Shown here one piece after another: positions 27,321-36,584 of a stretch of DNA of 64,000 nt. The notes beneath the pieces were generated by a model, which saw only the letters and a program-made list of their open reading frames with translations, had not been told where the DNA came from and ran no database searches. Every line of letters begins with the position of its first letter. The first letter of the stretch is position 1. The translations under genes and the position numbers were made by a program. The stretch spans positions 62,001-126,000 of IMG/VR virus record IMGVR_UViG_3300037042_002125, one strand, 5' to 3'.

Positions 27321-27968
27321 TCACTCTGCCTCTTTTGCTTTCAGCAAGGCTTTGAGGTCTGCTGCAGATGGAAAATCTTTGATCTTCGTAAACGCCGCTG
27401 CCATGAATTTCACTGGCTTGCGAATTGCGCGATACATCGGATCTTTCTTTTCCAAGAGTTTGGCCTTCTTTTCGTTTACCTTTACCTTCACTTCCTTTAG
27501 GCCGACCTTGATAGCGCCTGTGTCCCTGCTAATTGCAATGCGGAACAGAGCCTGTACCATTGTCCCACCAGGTAGGCGTTTGGCTTCATTGCGAACGAAA
27601 GATGCGCCAGCAAAACGAATGGCCATCTTACGATGCGTATCTGGGTCCCACATAGCGAGATCAACAGTCTTTGCATCTGGGTTCTTAGCGTTGCCCTTGA
27701 TGCGGACTGCCTTCATATCGGTGAACAGGCCATCTTTTCCGTATGCAAGCAAAGTGCGAACAAAGAATGGCTTCGTACCTTCTGGAGCCTTGAAAACGTG
27801 CCCAGGTTTCTTAACCTTCTTTTTGGATTTCTTGCCGCTGGCTTTATTTGCCGCGCGAGCAAGTTGAGCTTTCTGGATCGGGGTCAATTCCTTGCCAGCT
27901 TTCTTTCCTGTTGCTTTCACTTCTTTGCTAGTCTTGGCTTTCGGCGCAGACTTTTTTGCTTTCTTCAT
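27321..27968 (-). CDS. highly basic Lys-rich protein, probably nucleic-acid binding
   Basis: K-rich throughout; CTGTAAAT motif upstream. Confidence 0.75.
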   Translation of the reverse strand: MKKAKKSAPKAKTSKEVKATGKKAGKELTPIQKAQLARAANKASGKKSKKKVKKPGHVFKAPEGTKPFFVRTLLAYGKDGLFTDMKAVRIKGNAKNPDAKTVDLAMWDPDTHRKMAIRFAGASFVRNEAKRLPGGTMVQALFRIAISRDTGAIKVGLKEVKVKVNEKKAKLLEKKDPMYRAIRKPVKFMAAAFTKIKDFPSAADLKALLKAKEAE

Positions 27969-28018
27969 CTTGTTTCCTTTGGTTAAGATTAAGGGGTTTT
28001 GCACTGTTTATTTACAGT

Positions 28019-28918
28019 TTAAACAGAAGTTAGGTTCGTGCTAATTCTTTCGAATAGAGTCAACTTCAATCTCAAATCATCTATCGAATCCGTCACAGCT
28101 TCTTGGAAAGCTTGCTCGGCTTTAGCTTCACTTACTTGTTTAGCTTTGAGCATCTGGGATAAGAACGACTTGTCAAACTCTGCAGCCTCCTGCTTGACCT
28201 TAAGCAATGCCTCTTTGGCCTTTTTCTTCTTTCCCCTAAGTCTCTCAAGTATGTTCCTCTTAGGGTGCCCGGACTTGTACTCCTCAGCCCTTTTGATCAT
28301 GTCAATAAGAACGTTGATATCACCTATCTCATACGCAAGCTTGCCTGCGTAAAATATCTCAGCTAAATAATCGTCGTTGCCATTCTTGTCAGGGTGGCAC
28401 AGAGACGACAGCTTCTTGTACAGCTTCTTAATTTTGGTTGCTGACCTCTTCTCTCTTAGCTGGGCTTTCTCGCGTTCTTTGTCATGTTCTCGTGTATTGT
28501 TTATGTGTAGCTTGATCTCCTCGTCTAAGTCACGCTCACCAGTAGGGTCCTTTATTGGGTCCATCTTTAACTGGCTGTCGTGCTTACGCCTAGCTTCCAT
28601 CAGTTGGTTTTGTAGGTCAACCAACACAGATACTTGGTCCTTGTACTTTAGTTCAAGTCCACGTATAAGAGTCATTGCCTGTGTCTGCTTTGTGTTTAGA
28701 TCATGATTTAGCTTCTGTACATCACGGGCCACCATTTCATAGCTTACAGTTTCCAAATCAATCTCGTAATCAAACACGTAGATGACGGAGGGCAAGTATG
28801 ATCCTGTGTAAGGTGATTTAGGCTTAAGTTGGTTGGTCCAGCCTTTGTGTATGAAAGACTCGTTGAGTAAGATGTTTGTGGAGAAAGGACTTGTAGATGT
28901 GCTGTAGAAAATTCCCAT
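28019..28918 (-). CDS. J-domain (DnaJ-like) coiled-coil protein
   Basis: IKKLYKKLSSLCHPDKN...AY helix-HPD-helix motif. Confidence 0.8.
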   Translation of the reverse strand: MGIFYSTSTSPFSTNILLNESFIHKGWTNQLKPKSPYTGSYLPSVIYVFDYEIDLETVSYEMVARDVQKLNHDLNTKQTQAMTLIRGLELKYKDQVSVLVDLQNQLMEARRKHDSQLKMDPIKDPTGERDLDEEIKLHINNTREHDKEREKAQLREKRSATKIKKLYKKLSSLCHPDKNGNDDYLAEIFYAGKLAYEIGDINVLIDMIKRAEEYKSGHPKRNILERLRGKKKKAKEALLKVKQEAAEFDKSFLSQMLKAKQVSEAKAEQAFQEAVTDSIDDLRLKLTLFERISTNLTSV

Positions 28919-28933
28919 AGGCTAACCTGTAGG

Positions 28934-29272
28934 TCATCGCTTTCGCCACTTGAAACCAAAGCAAAGCTCTTGCATCTTGCGGTGGAACCAGTTGGGTTCG
29001 TTGTCCTTGTCTGGGTGAAGCATGAAGTTGGTGGTTATGTAAACTACCCACTCGCTCTTTTCAGGCACTCTCAGAGTAGATGTGTAAAACCCGCCCTCGA
29101 TCCGGTTGACCTGATCTAAGATAGACTTACGCAAGCGCCGCCTATCTCGCCACGACCACAGAAGACGAAGCAAGATGATTGCCCACAGGACGGTCATGCC
29201 AACAGCCCATACCATAAACTTGGTTTCGGTCGCGAAGCACAGTGGGCCAACCGTTGCGTAGCACTCGTTCAT
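28934..29272 (-). CDS. membrane-anchored hypothetical protein
   Basis: one TM segment; PNWFHRKMQELCFGFKW motif. Confidence 0.6.
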   Translation of the reverse strand: MNECYATVGPLCFATETKFMVWAVGMTVLWAIILLRLLWSWRDRRRLRKSILDQVNRIEGGFYTSTLRVPEKSEWVVYITTNFMLHPDKDNEPNWFHRKMQELCFGFKWRKR

Positions 29273-29844
29273 TATTTTCCCCTCAAGGCGCTGACGACTT
29301 CCTGCCAATCCTTGTACGCTTCACCACCGTCGGTAATGCGTTGGCCCTTGTACGTCATGCCAGTGTCGTCTAGGATAAGAATCCCTTGTGGGAAGTCCTT
29401 AGTTGGGTACAGACAGAATTTCCCACGTACTAAGTGACTACCTTTGACAGTGTAACCAGTTAGTGGCGGCGCGGCCATAGGAACTTCTGGGAGGCTCGCG
29501 TCTCTTGGCTTCGTCGTCTCAAGACCTGCAAGCCATACGCGGGCGCACTCCCAACCGGCCTCGAATTCCTCACGGAGATCTGGGTCAATATCTATCCACC
29601 ACTTCTGAGTACGAGTATGAGCTGCGTTCTCCATTGCTTCTTTACTCTGTGCATAGGTGACAAACGGCCACTTGCTCCTGGGATTTACAACAGGTTTTGG
29701 TATATGCTCTATAGCCACAGGTACAAGGGTTTCCATTACATACGTGACCATGTCCTTGGTGGCTTGGGAGGATTGGTCGATGTCATTCTTTAACAAGCCT
29801 TGAACGTATTGGCGTATAAGGGCGTCAGGTGATTTATCTCTCAT
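29272..29844 (-). CDS. hypothetical protein
   Basis: 190-aa coupled ORF. Confidence 0.65.
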   Translation of the reverse strand: MRDKSPDALIRQYVQGLLKNDIDQSSQATKDMVTYVMETLVPVAIEHIPKPVVNPRSKWPFVTYAQSKEAMENAAHTRTQKWWIDIDPDLREEFEAGWECARVWLAGLETTKPRDASLPEVPMAAPPLTGYTVKGSHLVRGKFCLYPTKDFPQGILILDDTGMTYKGQRITDGGEAYKDWQEVVSALRGK

Positions 29845-30095
29845 TTCTTTTCCTTCTTGTTGCGCTTTTCCAATTCAACTGCGTTTTCATCAATGGCTTG
29901 AAATTCAATTTTGAGGCGCTTGACGAATCCAACAACCTTGTCCTCTGGGATTGTAATGCCTTGCTTTGCGGGTAGCCAGGCCTCGCTACCTTTTGTTTTG
30001 TAAAACTTGCGGATGTTGATATGTTTTTCACCCCCGCTGGTTTTGAAAGAGCTTATCTCAAGCTTGGTACTGTCTGTTAATTTGAGGTCTGCCAT
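29841..30095 (-). CDS. PC4/YdbC-family ssDNA-binding protein
   Basis: INIRKFY...W.PAKQGITI motif. Confidence 0.82.
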   Translation of the reverse strand: MADLKLTDSTKLEISSFKTSGGEKHINIRKFYKTKGSEAWLPAKQGITIPEDKVVGFVKRLKIEFQAIDENAVELEKRNKKEKK

Positions 30096-30108
30096 AAAAG
30101 TCCTGTGG

Positions 30109-31242
30109 TTAAATTTTACCTTGTTTCAAGAACATACGATGTAACCAGTTATAGTCGTTTATGTAAACCGACTCTACTGATGTCTCGGCGCCTATTGCGC
30201 CTAACTGCGCCCCAACCCTTGTGAGATTGAAGTATTCAGTGTGCTTGTTGAGTGTGGGTTCTACCCACTCTATAAGACGATGCCTAGCTATCTCAACTTC
30301 GTTTATTGGCACCCTTTCGTCTAGTGTGATACGACGTAGTTTGTACCCTTCACGGAAGCCTGTGCGCCATGCGCTCTCTGCGGACCAGTTGTAGGCGTGA
30401 GTGCCTACGCATGTGTCATGTATTGATAAACCATCTCCAATAGATGTTGTCATATCCAAAGGAGTTATTGGGGTATCAAAAGCTGACTTGTTGATCAGTT
30501 TGGGTCCACCATTGCCGTAGACGTTTGCATTGCACACACTCTGCACGTACCATAGGTGAACATACTTCTCTTCTGTGATAAAGACCTCAGGTAAACTTTG
30601 TGGAAAGTTTGTGTTGGGGCAGAAATCAGAATCTATGAACAGTACAGACTGTTCTGTCTTAAGGCTCTGCACAACCTTCTTGTGGGTATCGTATATGCTA
30701 AGGTCCGTCATGAAGACCTTAACATCTGCGTTGCCTTTGAATTCACTCTCAATCAAAGTCTTTAGAGACAAGGCGTTATCAGTACGTTCATAGTTAACTG
30801 CAGATAGTATCCGTATTGGATACGGGTAGCGGCGTGTTGTTGCATCAACGTCGCTGAATCCAGTTTCGCTTAACAACAAAGGTTCGCCACTCTGCAACTT
30901 TGCCTTTAGGGTATCGCCTATGTAATACAGGCCACCATGCCGAGAGTGAACGTCACGAGCGTTGGTTGTTACTGGACTTGACGTAGTGTCCCAAAAAGGT
31001 TTGCGTACAGTGAACAGCGTGACAGCGTCAGTAGATAGATTCGGTACCCTGGAGGTAAACGTGTAGTCAATCTTGTACCTAGTATCCAAAACCCAATTTT
31101 TGTCTGCTTGTGCCGCATATTTGAGAGCCTCTGAAAGAGTGCATGTGCTGTCTATGCTAACATCAGAGTCAAGGCCTGATAGGCTATCCCTAAAGTAGAA
31201 ACTTGACCTGCGAGTGAACGGCACAGGAGTGGTGTAACTCAT
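30109..31242 (-). CDS. glycosyltransferase-like protein (GT-A fold, paralog of next gene)
   Basis: FIDSD (DxD), YGNGGPKL, AWRTGFREGYK. Confidence 0.6.
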   Translation of the reverse strand: MSYTTPVPFTRRSSFYFRDSLSGLDSDVSIDSTCTLSEALKYAAQADKNWVLDTRYKIDYTFTSRVPNLSTDAVTLFTVRKPFWDTTSSPVTTNARDVHSRHGGLYYIGDTLKAKLQSGEPLLLSETGFSDVDATTRRYPYPIRILSAVNYERTDNALSLKTLIESEFKGNADVKVFMTDLSIYDTHKKVVQSLKTEQSVLFIDSDFCPNTNFPQSLPEVFITEEKYVHLWYVQSVCNANVYGNGGPKLINKSAFDTPITPLDMTTSIGDGLSIHDTCVGTHAYNWSAESAWRTGFREGYKLRRITLDERVPINEVEIARHRLIEWVEPTLNKHTEYFNLTRVGAQLGAIGAETSVESVYINDYNWLHRMFLKQGKI

Positions 31243-32177
31243 TTTAATCTATCCCACTTTTCTTTTTCATATACAGAAGTTTTCTTGTGCGCCATGTTGA
31301 TCATCATCTTGATGCTTTTGCTTTGGTTAGGGCCAAAGCGAGGTATCTGAAACCCTAACCGGCCGCTGACCTTAGAACGTAGGTCAAGTATTTCTCTATC
31401 CAAATCTCTCTTAGGGGCATCATCAAAAAATTTCTTAAGCACATCGTAATCGAGAACTAGATCAGTTGCATTACCTTGCACATGAACATAATCGAACCCG
31501 CTTAACGTTCCATGGATAGCGTACAAACCAAATTTGTTGTCCTCACCTACAGAGGACCATTGGACTAGGCGCTGTAGGTTCAAATCAGTATCAATATTTA
31601 TGTACTGCTTATGCTTAGGAGTAACAGTTCCTCCGTTGAGCATCATCTTAACACCTTCACGGAAGCCTGCGCGCCAAGCCTGGTAAGCAGAGCCATCAAT
31701 GCAAGTAACGCCTGTGATAGCACTCATCTGCATATAGTGATCGTTCCAACAGAAGTCAACGCCCTTATCCTCTGAGGCTTCATGCGTCTGCATGTTCTGA
31801 ACAAACTCAACAGACCACAACTTCAACCCACCGTTGCCATAGGCAAGCCCATTGAGGTTATTTATGGAGCGCCAGCTAAAGGTGGTCTTGTTAAACTGAC
31901 CAGGCGAGCCTAAATAATCTTGGCATAGGTTTTCTATATTAGAGTCCCACACCCAACGGAAGATCTGCGTATCTGCATCCACGGTAAAGAAGTGGGTCGT
32001 CTCTGGCATAACTTGCAGAGCCAAGGCACACGCTGCCTTGTGCGCCGCGTCGAAGCCCTTAACACCATGCGAGCGCAAAGGGAAAATCATATGTTGTCCC
32101 TTCAAGTGTTCCCAGTTTGCGTCAGCGTTGGGTTCATCATACGATAGGAACACTACAGGTATTTCTGCAAACTTCAT
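31239..32177 (-). CDS. glycosyltransferase-like protein (GT-A fold)
   Basis: FLSYDEPNA, TVDAD (DxD), YGNGGLKLW, AWRAGFREGVK. Confidence 0.65.
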   Translation of the reverse strand: MKFAEIPVVFLSYDEPNADANWEHLKGQHMIFPLRSHGVKGFDAAHKAACALALQVMPETTHFFTVDADTQIFRWVWDSNIENLCQDYLGSPGQFNKTTFSWRSINNLNGLAYGNGGLKLWSVEFVQNMQTHEASEDKGVDFCWNDHYMQMSAITGVTCIDGSAYQAWRAGFREGVKMMLNGGTVTPKHKQYINIDTDLNLQRLVQWSSVGEDNKFGLYAIHGTLSGFDYVHVQGNATDLVLDYDVLKKFFDDAPKRDLDREILDLRSKVSGRLGFQIPRFGPNQSKSIKMMINMAHKKTSVYEKEKWDRLK

Positions 32178-32180
32178 ACT

Positions 32181-32492
32181 TCAAATTCCTTTTTTGTTTG
32201 GGTGCCTTGGCCCAGTTTTTGATCTGGATCTGGGTGCAGCCTTTTTGCTCCCAAACCTAACATTACCAGTGGTCAAGTTAATGCCATTTTTGAGATCAAA
32301 GAGTTTTGCGTTCATTCCCTTGAAAGCAAGGATGCCGCCTTCTATATCTTCGGGATCTTCCTCTTCCTTTGGCCTCATCTTTCCACCAACAACGTCCTTC
32401 CAATCGATCTGCGATTGGTAATTGCCCGCGAAAATCGCAAACGGGTGATCATTAGGGTAGACTTTTCCTTTGGGTTTAGCTTGTGCTTTCAT
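32181..32492 (-). CDS. hypothetical protein
   Basis: 103-aa ORF. Confidence 0.6.
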   Translation of the reverse strand: MKAQAKPKGKVYPNDHPFAIFAGNYQSQIDWKDVVGGKMRPKEEEDPEDIEGGILAFKGMNAKLFDLKNGINLTTGNVRFGSKKAAPRSRSKTGPRHPNKKGI

Positions 32493-32589
32493 ACTCTTAT
32501 TTACAGTTTTGCATCTTTGTAATAACCTATAGTTAAGTCAAGTAGATCTATTTTATGGGAAAGTTGGCGCTTATCTTTACCTTTGAGTG

Positions 32590-34596
32590 TCAATAATTGT
32601 TTTTGTATCTTGATTTTAAGGCTCTAGCTGAGGCTAACTTCCGGTTACCTTCGCGCCATTTCTTTGCTCTGGCTTCTGATGCCAAAGCCCTTTCTTCAGG
32701 AGTAGTCTTTTTTCTCTTGAGGATAGCTTGTATGTCAGTATCAATAGCCTCGATCGTAGAAGCACTGCTTTTATTAGTAGGGTCTAGTTTTGATAGTCTA
32801 GCATAGTAACTGCGACGACTCCTAAGCCTAGCTAGCTCAATGTTTTCCTTTCTCCATTTTATATGTTTCTCTTTATCTGCGAGGGACCTATCTTTTTCTG
32901 ACGCAAATGTGGTCCTAGGAGTAGCATTTTCCCTAGTAGGATTCAGATTGTTGAAAGCTACCATTTTATAGGAGTTAGCAACCTCCATGTTTATGCTAGG
33001 CTCATCTTTCAACTTCTGACGAAGCAAGTTGGCCATCTTTAAGTCTGGGACTATGATGTAGTTCCGTTGGGTTGACTTTGTGTCTCTAATAGACAATCGA
33101 GTTGCGCTCTGGACGCAAGCATCTGCAACATGATCCAAAGCGTAGTCATAGTTAGGAAGTAGGGCCTTGTACAGGTGACGGCTCTCGCGATCAGGGTTCA
33201 AAGCCGCAGAGAAGAACATACAGTTATGCTTTTGATAAATGTTCATACCCTGGTTTGACATAGGTATTACTTCAAATTGGGGGTAGTTTGTCTTTATGTG
33301 CATGTCCCAACCACCTTTAACGTTTGCAACCGCCAAAGGTTTCTTACGCAGCTTTCCGTTCTTAGCCAAATTGGCTACTACCTTAGATGCTATCTTGCAA
33401 TACCAATCAAAAGCATCTTTCTGAGCTCCGTAGGTATCAAGTAGATCAAAAACTCGTTTGAGTTTTTTGGTCATCACTATGTGGTCGCGATTTTGCATCA
33501 AGTGCAATATATCTTTTGTATCTGTGTACCCTTCTTTTTCTAAAGCTAGCTTGAGAAGAAATTCGGCGTGCTCTGGAACCAAGATACCGTTGTCGTACCT
33601 AGTAAGGCTTGCCAAGTTATTCTGCCTAGTAAGGGGTATGATAGTGACTAAAGTCAACTTGGTTTTTATCTGTTCTGATCTTTTGAACAGAGATCTGTTA
33701 AGTGCCCAAATGTAAGGGCCTTCTACTTTGAGGTCGATTAATTCGACATTTGGATTCAGCGCCAAGAAGTGCCACATTTGGCTATCCTTTAAAAACGCAG
33801 ACATCAGAATGACTTCTCTAAATCCAACAAAGATGTTGCTAGGGATGACAACTTGGTGGAACCTGAATTTGGTACGTCCCCATTTTTTCTCATTGGTGGA
33901 AACATACAAGTCAATATCAGGACTTGTGATCACGTTGGTTATTGCGGTTATCTCTTTGAATTGAAGACGCGCGTCAGTAGAGTTGAGTTTCTTGTTGAGT
34001 ACTTTTGGCACTCTAGACCTAACAACCTTGTTGAACTCAGTTGGCTTTCCGTCCGAATAGAATAAAGGCTCAGACCCATCTTTCATAAGCTTTGTAAACC
34101 ACTTTTCTTCTTCGGCACTTTTAAGCATTATTTGTTCTGGGCGCGTAACAAATTTGCGAGCCTCATCAAACATGACGCACACATTGGTTTTATCTATTTT
34201 GGGTCGTTTAAGGAACGCTTCGTGTGTAAGAAAAATGATGGTGCCTAAAGGGGCCTTTGGTTTAGGTTTAGTGTTCTTAGTGGCGAGAAAAGGAATTCCA
34301 CCCTCTAATGCCAGTTGTAATTTCTCAGATACTGATACCCAGCAGCCATACTCTGCAGACTGGGGATCTGATTCAATCAGCCTAATCAGCTTCTTTGGAG
34401 ACTTCATCTGAGTTTCCGCAAGATTCAAAAGGTCTTGTTTCACCTGTTTTAAGAGGGCAAGAGTAGGTGCGACATAGAGAGTTATCTCTTCTTTTGCCAC
34501 CATTCTTTGGCACATTTCGTCAACTGCCCAGGTGGTTTTTCCAACACCTGGCAACAAATCTAGGTAATAAATTAGTGTTTTTGACATAGAATTCAC
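32590..34596 (-). CDS. SF2 helicase-like / putative origin-binding replication protein
   Basis: Walker A LPGVGKT, YVAPT (Ia), MFDEA (II), LMSA (III), QSATRLSIRD (VI-like); basic C-terminal tail. Confidence 0.72.
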   Translation of the reverse strand: MNSMSKTLIYYLDLLPGVGKTTWAVDEMCQRMVAKEEITLYVAPTLALLKQVKQDLLNLAETQMKSPKKLIRLIESDPQSAEYGCWVSVSEKLQLALEGGIPFLATKNTKPKPKAPLGTIIFLTHEAFLKRPKIDKTNVCVMFDEARKFVTRPEQIMLKSAEEEKWFTKLMKDGSEPLFYSDGKPTEFNKVVRSRVPKVLNKKLNSTDARLQFKEITAITNVITSPDIDLYVSTNEKKWGRTKFRFHQVVIPSNIFVGFREVILMSAFLKDSQMWHFLALNPNVELIDLKVEGPYIWALNRSLFKRSEQIKTKLTLVTIIPLTRQNNLASLTRYDNGILVPEHAEFLLKLALEKEGYTDTKDILHLMQNRDHIVMTKKLKRVFDLLDTYGAQKDAFDWYCKIASKVVANLAKNGKLRKKPLAVANVKGGWDMHIKTNYPQFEVIPMSNQGMNIYQKHNCMFFSAALNPDRESRHLYKALLPNYDYALDHVADACVQSATRLSIRDTKSTQRNYIIVPDLKMANLLRQKLKDEPSINMEVANSYKMVAFNNLNPTRENATPRTTFASEKDRSLADKEKHIKWRKENIELARLRSRRSYYARLSKLDPTNKSSASTIEAIDTDIQAILKRKKTTPEERALASEARAKKWREGNRKLASARALKSRYKNNY

Positions 34597-34699
34597 ATCA
34601 AAGTTAAAAAGGGGGCCTTCAGGATTTACACAACTGGGTATACTGTCTATAATAAGTACGTCACGTTGTGTAATATCTTTCTACCTTATATTTACAGTT

Positions 34700-35000
34700 C
34701 AAAAGAAAGAATAAAAAGAGTAAAAAGCTGAAAGGGCGCGAAGCGCATCTTTCGCTATCGCTTTCGATCTACGTAGCGAAGCGGAGTAGATCAAGACATA
34801 CTTAGGACCGCGACTTCACCTTTCTACTGGTTAAGGTGATTCTAATCAAACTCGATCTAATCGACTAATCTGATGCTCGGGTCACGTCGCGTACTAAGGT
34901 TACTCTGAGCACCGCTTCGCTTCGCTACGCCGGCGCTCGACTAGTCTAAAGATTCGCTATCGCTCATCTTTATTTTTACTTACCCTTACTCTTTTTTTAA
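34700..35000. other. candidate replication origin (palindromic multi-hairpin region at the strand switch)
   Basis: GCGAAGCG/CGCTTCGC and TTCGCTATCGCT repeats in hairpins, A-rich left and T-rich right flanks, next to helicase-like gene. Confidence 0.5.
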
Positions 35001-35066
35001 TAGACTGAAAAGACATAACACACTGTAAATTCAAGTAACAAAATCAAGTCAGTAAGGCCCCCTAGA

Positions 35067-35546
35067 ATGTCCTACCCTAAATTAGCTTTAACCGAGATTG
35101 ATTTCTCGATCATCTTACCGATCTGGGAGACCCAGCTTTGGCTTGGTCGACAGACGAAAATAGAAAGTCATAGTGCGACTTTGTTAGGTAGAGATCCTTC
35201 TATGACTAATTTCAGTCTGCCAGCTTGGTACTATGGAATGTACTCTATTCCAAGTATTGCTAATCAAACAAAGTTAGTCGGAGTAAACTCAGTCCACCTT
35301 TGTGCTGACGGTTCAGCCCGTATCAGGGGATTCTGGGTCGACGAGGATTACCGTCGAAAAGGGATTGGGTTGTCCTTGTTGACAAGCACCTTGGACAGAG
35401 CAAAGGAAAGTAAGGCCGGCTGGGTATGGGCTTACCCTAGAAAAACATCTTGGCCTCTGTTTGAGAAGTTAGGTTTCAGGCTGGTCACACCTTGGTCTGA
35501 ATCAGAAACTAGTCCAGCTAATGCTTACTGCATTTTGCAATTTTAG
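35067..35546 (+). CDS. GNAT acetyltransferase
   Basis: WVDEDYRRKGIG motif A; FEKLGF. Confidence 0.88.
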   Translation: MSYPKLALTEIDFSIILPIWETQLWLGRQTKIESHSATLLGRDPSMTNFSLPAWYYGMYSIPSIANQTKLVGVNSVHLCADGSARIRGFWVDEDYRRKGIGLSLLTSTLDRAKESKAGWVWAYPRKTSWPLFEKLGFRLVTPWSESETSPANAYCILQF

Positions 35547-35560
35547 AAATAGGAATAACA

Positions 35561-36580
35561 ATGATAGTCAAAGGCACTTTTAGTAGGTTGAACAGGTTCA
35601 ACGTCCAGTGGCAGATAGGAAACTTCTGCAACTACAAATGTTCATACTGCGAGCCTAAATTCAGAGATGGGACCAACCCATTCCTTCCAATCGAACTAGC
35701 CAAGACAGTGATACGTAATGTTGTATCCAAGGTACCAGAACGAAACGCAATCTTCAATTACCAAGGCGGTGAGCCAACTGCTTACAGGGATTTTGAAGAG
35801 CTACTTAGCTTCACGTTCGATATAGGTGCTGGTTCCCTTATGGTGTCCAACGCATCTCGTTCTGTGGCGTACCTACGGCGCATTGCTCCTTATCTGAGCT
35901 ACTCTTACTTGACCTTCCATTCGGACATGGTGGATATAGACAGGTTCTTAGAACGCCTCCACGTATTCCACCCATCCCGAGTCCTTGTGTACTTGCCAAT
36001 GAATCCCAAATTATGGGACAAGTGTGTTGATGCCCATAGGCGCATTACAGATGCAAACTACCGTGTGGTGGCGAAAGTTATCTTCGATGACTATGGTGGA
36101 GGTAACTTGAACAATAGCATAGCCTACACCAAAGAGCAAAAAGCATTTATCGATGATGGGAATAAGAACTTGCTTGTACCCAAACCTGCTAATGACAAAC
36201 AAGGGCCAATGCCTTTCCAACTTAATCCAAAAGGCGAAATGGACTTTAGCGTTGATGTCAGGGCTATCCAAATCTTCGACCAAGGCCAAGTCAAGCTAAC
36301 CACGTCCCAGAACCTGGTCGTGACAAAACAGAACAACTACGTTGGCTTCGAGTGCTTCGGTGGGCTGGAAGAACTGTGCATCACTTCTAAAGGCAAGGTC
36401 TACACCACCGTGTGTATGCAGGACAAAGCAATAGCAGACATTTTCAAGGACCCTAACTTTGACCTGCCAACCAAACCCATGATCTGCAGACGCACCAACT
36501 GCTGGTGTGAAGCAGACTTGCTGCTAACAAAAATTTCCCCAGACGAGCCACAATTCTCTACACCTACACTTGCCAAATAA
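35561..36580 (+). CDS. radical SAM protein with SPASM/twitch-like C-terminus
   Basis: CNYKCSYC, GGEPT, C-terminal ECFGG...C...C.CWC. Confidence 0.92.
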   Translation: MIVKGTFSRLNRFNVQWQIGNFCNYKCSYCEPKFRDGTNPFLPIELAKTVIRNVVSKVPERNAIFNYQGGEPTAYRDFEELLSFTFDIGAGSLMVSNASRSVAYLRRIAPYLSYSYLTFHSDMVDIDRFLERLHVFHPSRVLVYLPMNPKLWDKCVDAHRRITDANYRVVAKVIFDDYGGGNLNNSIAYTKEQKAFIDDGNKNLLVPKPANDKQGPMPFQLNPKGEMDFSVDVRAIQIFDQGQVKLTTSQNLVVTKQNNYVGFECFGGLEELCITSKGKVYTTVCMQDKAIADIFKDPNFDLPTKPMICRRTNCWCEADLLLTKISPDEPQFSTPTLAK

Positions 36581-36584
36581 TCAT

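Noticed and set aside
35561-36580. QueE assignment for this radical SAM
   Set aside because: It is longer than typical QueE, has a SPASM-like extension and lacks the QueE N-terminal QGEG motif.
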